Part shown: one piece after another, positions 10,505 to 19,026 of the stretch
How positions within the stretch are numbered: the stretch's first letter is position 1
Layout: each line of letters begins with the position of its first letter
Origin: Promethearchaeota archaeon
GTDB lineage: Archaea > Asgardarchaeota > Heimdallarchaeia > Hodarchaeales > Hodarchaeaceae
Direction of reading: 5' to 3'
NCBI GenBank assembly: GCA_048938105.1
Contig: JBHLMN010000011.1
Coordinates: forward strand, 128,001-192,000
DNA: 64,000 bases
The notes under the pieces: generated by a model
Databases searched by the model: none
The model's input: the letters and a program-made list of their open reading frames with translations, nothing else
Told to the model about the DNA's origin: nothing
Made by a program: the position numbers and the translations under genes

Positions 10505-11062
10505 ATGCAAGACAAAATTATCACTATTTTGAATAAAACAGCTACAGGCAGTAAGAAAGAACGAATTCTCCTGACACCTATTGGAGGAGGAGCCTTTATC
10601 ATCTTTAGTTTATCTTTAATTTTAATTTCTCTTGTGATAGACGAAGTATTGTGTTTTCCTAGACTCCTTCTCAAGCCAAACAATCTACTGATATCAATAC
10701 CTATTATCACACTAGGATTATTTTTAATAGTATGGTCATCCTTGCTTTTCGCTAAAGCGAAAGGAACACCTGTACCTCTTTCTCCTCCTAAAAAGCTAGT
10801 AAATACTGGACCCTATACTTATATTAGAAATCCAATTGTGGTGGGTTATATCTTGATATTTTGGGGGATTGGATTTTTATTAGAATCAATTTCTCTTATA
10901 ATTTTCATCACTCCAATATTCTTTCTACTTCTTATTCTAGAGATAAAACTGATCGAAGAACCAGAATTAGAGAAACGTCTGGGAAAAGAATACTTGGATT
11001 ATAAGAAAAGAGTCCCCATGTTCATTCCAAGGTTGAAAAGGAAAATCAAGAAATTATCGTGA
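10505..11062 (+). CDS. Isoprenylcysteine carboxyl methyltransferase/PEMT family membrane protein
   Basis: GTPVP..PPKKLVNTGPYTYIRNP, EEPELEKRLGKEYLDYKKRVPMFIP. Confidence 0.88.
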   Translation: MQDKIITILNKTATGSKKERILLTPIGGGAFIIFSLSLILISLVIDEVLCFPRLLLKPNNLLISIPIITLGLFLIVWSSLLFAKAKGTPVPLSPPKKLVNTGPYTYIRNPIVVGYILIFWGIGFLLESISLIIFITPIFFLLLILEIKLIEEPELEKRLGKEYLDYKKRVPMFIPRLKRKIKKLS

Positions 11063-11462
11063 GGAATAATAATCATGGAGTCAATATTAATACTAAAACA
11101 AATGTTGAAACTATAACCACGATGATTATTGCTACAGTTAGTAATAGGTGCTTCAAAGTAGTTTAGCCAGATTTTATAGTTTGTCTTACGATAGAAATAA
11201 GGACAGTGCCCTCTTTCGATATAATCTCTAGGTAAATGAATAATCAAGAAAATTAATCTAACTTGAAATGAAAATCAAAAAAATAAAATCAGGATAAAAT
11301 TATAAAATATGATAATTAGGATTCGTATCTTAGACCTAAAAACCAGGAATACGAAGGAACTGGTTTTTGCAGGTAAAATAATGAAAACAATGTTGTCTTA
11401 TATTACATTTGTAGATAATAAAGATCTGGGAACAATTTACCTTCTTAAGGAAAGAAATCTAA

Positions 11463-12356
11463 ATGGAAAGACGAGGGATTGTATTTTGTCTGGTGATGGG
11501 AGTATTTCTAACCTATTTTTTGCCAACTAATGCAGGAGTAGCAGAAATACAGGACAGACTCCTTCTAGCTAGCACATTCTACGAGCTAGGATATGAAACA
11601 ACAAAGACATATCATCGAGGTGGATCATTGACATTAAATGTGAACTGCTCTGGATCTACTTTTGGTTTATATTCGGCAAAAATTAATCTACATTTTACGG
11701 GGGAAGATAGCTATTATTACTATCGGATAAATGGGGGAACTGAACAATCTGGGGGAGCAAAACCAGGATGTGAATTCTTTACTGGATGGCAAGAAAGGTC
11801 TCTTGAACCTGGTTTCTTCCGAGAGGGAAATAACAGCCTCCAAATTCTTGTTTATAACTGTCCGATAAGTGATCAAACATCAAGTCTAAATAAATATCTA
11901 ATCATCCTGCCAGATTCGTATATCGAGATTTATGATGCCTCAGCAACAGAAAGTAATTCACTGTCTGAATCTTTAACCACTACCATAACAGTCGTATCTT
12001 CGGAAACTTCTGTCTTGTCTTCTTCCATAGATGGGTTTATAGGGGGATTAATAGTAGGTGCAGTCTTGACTGGAGGCATTTTAGCTGGGTGGTATTTTTT
12101 ATACTCTAAAAGAAATGGAATGAAAGCTCCTGCCAAACGATTCGTCTCACGAATCCCAATAAACCATATCTGTAGTATCTGTAAGCAAAATATTATGACA
12201 GATCAGCTGATCGAGTGTCCTAATTGCCAAAACGCATTTCATGAAACCCACTTCGCCGAAGCCATTAAAACGACGGGCCAATGTCCGATCTGTAAGAGTA
12301 ATATCATTACCATGGATAGTGGGTACACTACATGGTCACAGGAAAATGATAAATAA
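11463..12356 (+). CDS. Type I membrane protein with C-terminal RING-like zinc finger
   Basis: N-terminal signal peptide, beta-rich ectodomain, S/T-rich stalk, Gly-rich TM helix, basic stop-transfer, then CSIC-x11-CPNC-x4-H-x2-H-x10-CPIC. Confidence 0.75.
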   Translation: MERRGIVFCLVMGVFLTYFLPTNAGVAEIQDRLLLASTFYELGYETTKTYHRGGSLTLNVNCSGSTFGLYSAKINLHFTGEDSYYYYRINGGTEQSGGAKPGCEFFTGWQERSLEPGFFREGNNSLQILVYNCPISDQTSSLNKYLIILPDSYIEIYDASATESNSLSESLTTTITVVSSETSVLSSSIDGFIGGLIVGAVLTGGILAGWYFLYSKRNGMKAPAKRFVSRIPINHICSICKQNIMTDQLIECPNCQNAFHETHFAEAIKTTGQCPICKSNIITMDSGYTTWSQENDK

Positions 12357-12399
12357 CAAAAAAAGGCTAAATCATTAAGAAATGTGCCCAATCTAGCGT

Positions 12400-13437
12400 A
12401 TGGATTCCCCAATCAATGAACTGGTTCTTCTAATGGAATATAAAGACCTTGAGAACTGTAAATTGTGTGCCTGGGAATGTGGAGTCGATCGCTTAGCAGG
12501 GGAACAGGGAGTCTGTATGATGGGGCTTCCAGAAGTAGCCAGCTGCCAACTTCACCCTGCTCCACCACAATCATACACTGTGTTCATGTGTGGATGTCCC
12601 TTCAAGTGCCTCAATTGTCAGAACTGGCAAATCGCTCACTATCCAGTCATCCAAAGCCCGATGAAGGGAATGGTTAATCCTGAACATATTGCTCGAATTG
12701 GGGTTCAAGCAATAAATTCTAGTGCTGGCCAACTTATTGGTGCAGACCGATTCTTTTTCAGTGGCGGTTCTCCGACTGTTGCTCTCCCTTGGATTGAAGA
12801 TGTTGTTCGATATGTTAAAACTATTGATCCTAAAATGAAAATTAATTTTGATACGAATGGTTTCCCCTCTAGGAGGAGTTTTCAACGGATTCTCTCCTTT
12901 TCGGACTCATTAACATTTGACATTAAAGCCTACAATGATGAAGTTCATCGAGCTTTAACTGGCGCGCCAGTGGAGCCTGTGTTAGCTAATGCGGAGGAAA
13001 TGGCCAGACATAGAGATCAGTTATGGGAGTTTAGAGTCTTAGTTATACCAAGAATCGTTGATCTCCCAGAAATTCAAGCTATAATGGAATTCATTGTCAG
13101 TTTAGATGAAACATTACCAACGTCTCTTCTCACATTCCGTCCCAATTATTGTTTAGATATCCATCTGGGAGCATCAAGGAAATTAATGGAAGAAGCCGTG
13201 AATCTTGCTCGAAAGATAGGGTTAGAAAACGTTCATTGGGCAGGTTTTTTGAATATTCCTGGTGAAAATCCTTCTGTTCCCCCACACTTTGTAGCTAAAT
13301 TTACCCATCAACATGCAGCTGTTGCAGCCTTTTATGCACAACGAGCTGGGTGTGTAAGAATCCAACGGAATTGTGGAAAGTGTGACTCTAATCTTTCTTG
13401 TGATTTGAAGGGCTATATCCCTCATCAAAGTACTTAA
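12400..13437 (+). CDS. Radical SAM protein, PflA/PflX-like activating-enzyme family
   Basis: N-terminal CKLCAWECGVDR...GVC, GCPFKCLNCQNWQI, SGGSPT, DTNGF, DIKAY..EVHRALTG. Confidence 0.85.
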   Translation: MDSPINELVLLMEYKDLENCKLCAWECGVDRLAGEQGVCMMGLPEVASCQLHPAPPQSYTVFMCGCPFKCLNCQNWQIAHYPVIQSPMKGMVNPEHIARIGVQAINSSAGQLIGADRFFFSGGSPTVALPWIEDVVRYVKTIDPKMKINFDTNGFPSRRSFQRILSFSDSLTFDIKAYNDEVHRALTGAPVEPVLANAEEMARHRDQLWEFRVLVIPRIVDLPEIQAIMEFIVSLDETLPTSLLTFRPNYCLDIHLGASRKLMEEAVNLARKIGLENVHWAGFLNIPGENPSVPPHFVAKFTHQHAAVAAFYAQRAGCVRIQRNCGKCDSNLSCDLKGYIPHQST

Positions 13438-13461
13438 ACCATCATTGACCAGGCTAGTTAC

Positions 13462-14355
13462 TTAAAAGAATTCTTTTAATTTAACGACAATTTCTTTTAT
13501 AGGATCTAATTTATTTAATGTGTAAAAATGGAGGCCTGGTGCACCTCCCTCAAGAAGTTCAACACATTGGTTGATAGCAATCTCAATTCCTTTTCTCTCA
13601 GTTGTCTTTAGGTCGTCCTCTAACGGCCCAAAGATGTCATGGAAACGCTGAGGGATGGTAGCTCCACAAAAGGCGCAAAAATTCTTTAAATTCTTGAAGT
13701 TGAAAACTGGAAGGATACCTGGAATAACTCTATTATTGATACTTATTTTGTGAAGACGATCCACATAATCAAAGTAGTCTTTGTTTTCATAGAACAGCTG
13801 TGTGATAATAAACTCACCCCCATGTTCTATCTTATTCTTTAGATATTTAATATCAATCTCCTTGCTTAGAGCTTCAGGATGGCCTTCTGGAAATCCTGCA
13901 ACTCCACAAGAAAAATAATTGCCATAGAATTCTGATACAAGATCACAAAGCTGATAAGCGTACTCTAAACCATTGGGTGTAGGTTTCCACGTCTTAACAC
14001 CCTTGGGTGGGTCACCCCGTAGTGCAAGAATATTGACTATCCCATTAGCTTTCATTGTATCCAGTATATCAATCAGATCTTGTTTGGAATGTCCAACACA
14101 TGTTATGTGGTGAATGGTAGGTATGTTAAAACGAGTTTGAAGTTCAGTGGTGATCTCCATTGTTTTATCCCGTGTACTACCTCCCGCGCCATAGGTGACT
14201 GATATAAAATCGGCTCCAAGTTTTACAAGTTCACCTACTACATGAAAAAAGGAATCTAATTCAAATTGTTTTTTGGGAGGAAAGAACTCAAATGAAAGAG
14301 TTATTTCTTTTTGTTTGAAAATATCAATTATCTTCTGTATTCGCATAAGTTTCAA
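13462..14355 (-). CDS. metF: Methylenetetrahydrofolate reductase
   Basis: SFEFFPPK, SVTYGAGGS, HITC, LALRGDPP, AGFPEGHP, ITQLFY, PGILP, GLHFYTLN. Confidence 0.95.
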   Translation of the reverse strand: MKLMRIQKIIDIFKQKEITLSFEFFPPKKQFELDSFFHVVGELVKLGADFISVTYGAGGSTRDKTMEITTELQTRFNIPTIHHITCVGHSKQDLIDILDTMKANGIVNILALRGDPPKGVKTWKPTPNGLEYAYQLCDLVSEFYGNYFSCGVAGFPEGHPEALSKEIDIKYLKNKIEHGGEFIITQLFYENKDYFDYVDRLHKISINNRVIPGILPVFNFKNLKNFCAFCGATIPQRFHDIFGPLEDDLKTTERKGIEIAINQCVELLEGGAPGLHFYTLNKLDPIKEIVVKLKEFF

Positions 14356-14462
14356 CTATGATACCAAGAATAATTCCCAAAAAAAAACACTGCAACTTAA
14401 AACTTGTTGCTAGTTTTAATAATTAAAATCTAGTTAAGCTTAATATCAGGTAATAGGCAATT

Positions 14463-15620
14463 TTGGATGTTAGGATAACAATGGAAGATGTATTGAGCGA
14501 TTTCCCAACCATTGAGGAAGTTAATTATCTGAGTACTGCCAGTATAGGGTTAGTTCCGAATCCTGTGATCGAAAAAACTAATGATTTCTTTGTAGAGATG
14601 GCTCGAGGGGGAACTTTAGCTTTAGATGAGGAAACAGAGGTTAATATTTATGATAATCTAAGAACTGAAGGAGCTAAGCTTTTTGGTTGTGAACCAAGAG
14701 ATGTTGCTGTCTTCAACAGCGTTTCTGAATCTCTTAATACTATAGCTTGGAGTTTAGAATTGAAAGAAGGAAAGATTATCTCAACAAACATTGAATTTCC
14801 AAGTGTCACTTATCCTGGGATAAGGCTAGCAGAACAAAGAAACATTCAGGTGGAGTTAATACCAGCGGTTAATTGGGTAATTTTGACTGATGATTTATTA
14901 AAAGCAATTGATGATAGTACTAAAGTTGTTTTTCTGTCTCATGTTGAATTTATCACGGGTCAACAATTCGATTTAAAGGAGATTTCAAATCAGGCCCATG
15001 AATATGGCGCACTAGTAGTTGTAGATGGAATTCAAGCAGCTGGCTATGTTCCGCTTAATATGAAAGAATTAAATATCGATGTGTATATCACTGGGAGCTA
15101 CAAATGGTTATTAGCTCCATTTGGAACAGCAATTACCTACATCTCAAAGAACTTATGTGAAACATTGAGACCAGCTTTTGTTGGCTGGCGGACGTCTGAG
15201 AATATGTGGGATTTCAACCCAATGGAATTAAAATATGCAACTACTGCTAGGAAGTTTGAATACAGCACAAGCGCGTATGGGGTTAAGATTGGACTTGCAG
15301 AATCAATCAATTATTTACTTCAGATCGGTATCAAGAGTATCCAAACTCATAACATGAAATTAATTGATATTCTATTGCAAGAACTCAGCTTAATTGAAGG
15401 GATAAAAATTATTTCACCAGAGTGTCGTGGGTCAATCGTAACTTTCACAATTGAGGGAAAAGAGAGTAAGGAAATTAACGAGAAATTACGTTCATTAAAG
15501 AGACCTATCGAGCTGACAATAAGACAGAATATGATTCGAGTATCACCACACATTTATAATACTGAAGAAGACATTATAGATTTTGTAACAAACCTAAAAC
15601 AGATAATTAGAGACCTATGA
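14463..15620 (+). CDS. PLP-dependent aminotransferase class V fold enzyme
   Basis: YLSTASIG, EFPS, VDGIQAAG, GSYKWLLAPFG (PLP Lys), IRVSPHIYN; no desulfurase catalytic Cys loop. Confidence 0.88.
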   Translation: MDVRITMEDVLSDFPTIEEVNYLSTASIGLVPNPVIEKTNDFFVEMARGGTLALDEETEVNIYDNLRTEGAKLFGCEPRDVAVFNSVSESLNTIAWSLELKEGKIISTNIEFPSVTYPGIRLAEQRNIQVELIPAVNWVILTDDLLKAIDDSTKVVFLSHVEFITGQQFDLKEISNQAHEYGALVVVDGIQAAGYVPLNMKELNIDVYITGSYKWLLAPFGTAITYISKNLCETLRPAFVGWRTSENMWDFNPMELKYATTARKFEYSTSAYGVKIGLAESINYLLQIGIKSIQTHNMKLIDILLQELSLIEGIKIISPECRGSIVTFTIEGKESKEINEKLRSLKRPIELTIRQNMIRVSPHIYNTEEDIIDFVTNLKQIIRDL

Positions 15621-15676
15621 AAAATATGTCTCTTTACAGATTCTATAACGATAAACGAATGGTTTCTTGCTGAAAT

Positions 15677-16126
15677 CTAAAGAATGAATTCTTTAGGTAA
15701 AAGTTCTTTGAGTTTAACAATCTTCTGCAACTCTTTATGAAAATACTCAAGGGTTGATTCCTTGAGAGCCTCTTCAAGAGTAACCCACTTGTATTCGGAA
15801 TGTTCCCAACTTAATTTCACTTCTCCTTCAAGATATTTCACCCAATAATAGATAAAGACCATGGGAACCTCTTGGCCACCTCTATAGAAACATGAAGTAG
15901 CGATTGGCATAACAACTTGAGCTTCAATTCCTACTTCTTCTTCTATCTCACGTAAAACTCCATTCTCGGGATTCTCATCCCTCTCTAGTCTTCCTGTGAC
16001 TGGTTCCCAAGTGTTTGGTGCAAAATCCTTATTGGAAGACCTTTTGAGAATTAAGAAGTGATTATTTTTCTCTATTATTGCAGCTAATCCAACATAGAAT
16101 GTTTTCATGATATCCACTTTCTTCAC
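15677..16126 (-). CDS. NUDIX hydrolase
   Basis: Nudix box GRLERDENPENGVLREIEEEVGI; LSWEHSEYKWV. Confidence 0.9.
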   Translation of the reverse strand: MKKVDIMKTFYVGLAAIIEKNNHFLILKRSSNKDFAPNTWEPVTGRLERDENPENGVLREIEEEVGIEAQVVMPIATSCFYRGGQEVPMVFIYYWVKYLEGEVKLSWEHSEYKWVTLEEALKESTLEYFHKELQKIVKLKELLPKEFIL

Positions 16127-16243
16127 TCTACATTGACTTAAGTTAAGAATAATGTTTTTATGCTTTTATGAGAAGATGTCCAAGTTGAAAAATCACCTTC
16201 TATCATTAATTTGAAAGGTACCTGACTAGGAGATATATCAAAA

Positions 16244-17656
16244 ATGGATCTTGTTGATTTTCGTAATAATGCACACCGAATAGTAGACTGGATGGTAAAT
16301 TATCTAGAAACAGTAGAGAAATATCCTGTGAAATCCCAAGTAAAACCTGGAGAGATAATCAATAAACTACCGTTAGAAGCACCAACTACCGGTGAAGACT
16401 TCGAGAAAATTTTCACTGATTTTGAAGAATTAATAATACCTGGAATAACTCATTGGCAGAGTCCTAATTTCTTTGCTTATTTTCCCGCTAATAGTTCTCA
16501 TGCCTCAATTTTAGCAGAAATGCTGATGACAACTCTGGGCGCTCAATGCATGAGCTGGGAAACATCTCCAGCAGCAACTGAATTAGAAGAACGAGTTATG
16601 GAATGGTTACGGGATATGATCAGTTTACCCAAGGATTTCAGTGGAGTGATCCAGGACACCGCTTCAACATCAACAACCTGCTCTCTGTTAACAGCTCGAG
16701 AACAGCTCACTAATTATGAAATTAACTCAACAGGGATGAATGATAAGGGTATCTTAACAGCATACTGTTCTACTGAAACCCATTCAAGTATTGAAAAAGC
16801 AGTTAAAATAATTGGAATAGGTAAGGAGAACTTAAGGAAAATACCTGTGGATGAAAACTATGCTCTGCAATCAGAAGCCTTGAAAGAAGCTATCGAATCA
16901 GATATTAGTAATGATCTGAAACCAATGGCTGTCATCGCCACAATTGGGACAACGGGTTCTACAGCAATTGATCCCTTAAAAAAAATAGGGGAAATCTGTT
17001 CAAAACATAAGATCTGGTTACATGTTGACGCAGCATTGGCTGGAACTGCACTACTCTTACCAGAATACCAATGGATGATTGAGGGAATCGAATATGCAGA
17101 TACTTTTGTGTTCAATCCGCATAAATGGATGTTTACTAATTTTGACTGTTCTGCATATTTTATTAAAGATCCAAGGGCCTTAGTTCAAACTTTTGAGATC
17201 TTACCGGAGTATCTCAAAACTAAAGCAGAGGGAGTGAAGAATTTTCGAGACTGGGGATTGCAATTAGGCCGACGGTTTCGAGCTCTTAAACTGTGGTTTG
17301 TGATTAGACACTTTGGAATAGAAGGATTACAACAAAAAGTTAGATTTCATATCAATCTTGCGAAATCTTTAAGCCAAAAAATTGAACAATCACCGAATTT
17401 TGAATTATTAGCTCCAGTTCCTCTGAATACAATCTGTTTTAGATATAATCCACCTACTATCGATGTTGAAGAGGAATTAAATCGATTGAATGAAGAATTA
17501 ATGCATCGATTGAATAATACAGGAAAACTCTATATGACTCATACAAAATTAAATGGAAAATACACCCTCAGACTCGTCACAGGGCAAACATACACCCAAG
17601 AAAAGCATGTAAACCAAGCATGGGCGTTAATACAAAAAGAAATACAGAAACTGTAG
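16244..17656 (+). CDS. Aromatic-L-amino-acid decarboxylase family (group II PLP decarboxylase)
   Basis: PGITHWQSPNFFAYFP, SPAATELE, HSSIEKA, WLHVDAA, NPHKW, DWGLQLGRRFRALKLW. Confidence 0.93.
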   Translation: MDLVDFRNNAHRIVDWMVNYLETVEKYPVKSQVKPGEIINKLPLEAPTTGEDFEKIFTDFEELIIPGITHWQSPNFFAYFPANSSHASILAEMLMTTLGAQCMSWETSPAATELEERVMEWLRDMISLPKDFSGVIQDTASTSTTCSLLTAREQLTNYEINSTGMNDKGILTAYCSTETHSSIEKAVKIIGIGKENLRKIPVDENYALQSEALKEAIESDISNDLKPMAVIATIGTTGSTAIDPLKKIGEICSKHKIWLHVDAALAGTALLLPEYQWMIEGIEYADTFVFNPHKWMFTNFDCSAYFIKDPRALVQTFEILPEYLKTKAEGVKNFRDWGLQLGRRFRALKLWFVIRHFGIEGLQQKVRFHINLAKSLSQKIEQSPNFELLAPVPLNTICFRYNPPTIDVEEELNRLNEELMHRLNNTGKLYMTHTKLNGKYTLRLVTGQTYTQEKHVNQAWALIQKEIQKL

Positions 17657-17661
17657 CTTCA

Positions 17662-18714
17662 TTATGAGAATTTTACCCGTAATTGCGTTGCAAGAGCTTC
17701 AGGGGATTTAACAAGAATCTCTGTTCCTAAAAGTTTCTGTAAAAAGTAATCATCAGTACGATAATTCTCATATACATTCGATCGAGAGATAATTCGAACA
17801 CTAATCCAGAACCATTCTTCTTCCTTGTCTAGTGAGCCTGAAAAGATGGTAAAATTAAAAGTGGAACAGCCGTTTTCTTCATAGAAAGAAAGAATATTTG
17901 AGATTCCTTCACCGAGAGACAAGGTATCCATATGAGACAATTGGAGAAAATTATTTTTGCCTAAGACAATTCCTTGGACTTCATTACTTCCTAATGGCGA
18001 GAAAGAAGTGATCCATTCAATATCTCCAGTTCTTCCAATGTATCGTTCAGCAGAGGTTTTTTCTAACTCAATCAGATCTTCCCAGTAATTCGAGTGGTTT
18101 TTCTTGTAATACTGATGAGATCCTTTAAGCATTCTATTCAAGAATGTATAAGGAACATCTCCACCTAAAACTTGAATGTGTGGGTGAATAGCGCTAGCAC
18201 CAGCGGGAAATAAATAGTTACAATTTATTGTCATATAACTAGGAGACTGTTTAACGGAAAATACACGTCGAATGAATTCCACACAGGCCTGAATCCCATC
18301 AACAAGTATTTTGGGAGTAAAATCACTTAAATTTAAATAGTGAGCGTGAGTGAGAGCACATACCGCATGATATTCAGAAAGGGGAAAAAGATTAGGAAAA
18401 AGAGTAGCTTCACCAACAGATATCCTTCCCTCGGGGAGAAGCTCTGATGAATACTTAGGAGTGACCTTTTTTACTTTTTGAGGACACATAAAACAATTAG
18501 CTTGACTTTCTTGGGCTATTTCTTGAATCAAACTCTGATCTGTTTCACCAAAAAACATCTTCACCTTATCTTCCAGCACTTTTCCAACAATACTTAGAGT
18601 TCCAGTCAATGGATCTTGACGATGTTCAATTAGGTGAATATCCTCTTGAAAACCTTTTAGGGGATTGAGAAATTTAGACTCTTTTCTAATGTATTTAAAA
18701 TGAATTTTTGTCAA
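17662..18714 (-). CDS. Galactose-1-phosphate uridylyltransferase-like (HIT superfamily)
   Basis: EHRQDPLTG, CFMCP, FPNLFP, AGASAIHPHIQ (HxHxQ). Confidence 0.8.
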   Translation of the reverse strand: MTKIHFKYIRKESKFLNPLKGFQEDIHLIEHRQDPLTGTLSIVGKVLEDKVKMFFGETDQSLIQEIAQESQANCFMCPQKVKKVTPKYSSELLPEGRISVGEATLFPNLFPLSEYHAVCALTHAHYLNLSDFTPKILVDGIQACVEFIRRVFSVKQSPSYMTINCNYLFPAGASAIHPHIQVLGGDVPYTFLNRMLKGSHQYYKKNHSNYWEDLIELEKTSAERYIGRTGDIEWITSFSPLGSNEVQGIVLGKNNFLQLSHMDTLSLGEGISNILSFYEENGCSTFNFTIFSGSLDKEEEWFWISVRIISRSNVYENYRTDDYFLQKLLGTEILVKSPEALATQLRVKFS

Positions 18715-18808
18715 TTCTATCTATTTCCTGTGTTATTTTTAATAATCCTCAGATTATTCTGAAAATATAAAGTGGAATTTTTAAGCTATTAGAAATAATC
18801 TTCTTTGA

Positions 18809-18972
18809 GAAAAATATTTATCACAATCTAGTTCAATTCTAGCAGTAAAAGAAAATACACAAAGTGATCCTTCAAGGATGAAACGCCAGGGTTTGAAACT
18901 ATCTTAGTAATTCTAGGACTATTCAGTCTAATAGCCATAATAAGGCGATGGCAAAGAAAGAACATACTATAA
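18809..18972 (+). pseudogene. Orphan PGF-CTERM sorting-signal relic (3' end of a lost surface-protein gene)
   Basis: 18871-18972 translates FKDETPGFETILVILGLFSLIAIIRRWQRKNIL*. An in-frame TGA sits at 18865 and there is no start codon. An S/T-rich linker (SQSSSILAVKENTQSDPS) lies just upstream in a shifted frame. Confidence 0.7.
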
Positions 18973-19026
18973 TTATACCAGAGAGTATATCAAGTCTGGG
19001 TTCTGTAAATTTACAAAATGGAACCC

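Noticed and set aside
10999-11530. ORFs 10999-11247(-) and 11309-11530(+)
   Set aside because: No motifs, and both overlap neighbours. A hydrophobic stretch in another minus frame hints at a decayed membrane gene but is too weak to call.
14463-15620. Cysteine desulfurase (SufS/IscS) call
   Set aside because: The C-terminal catalytic Cys loop (RxGxHC or SSGSAC) is absent.
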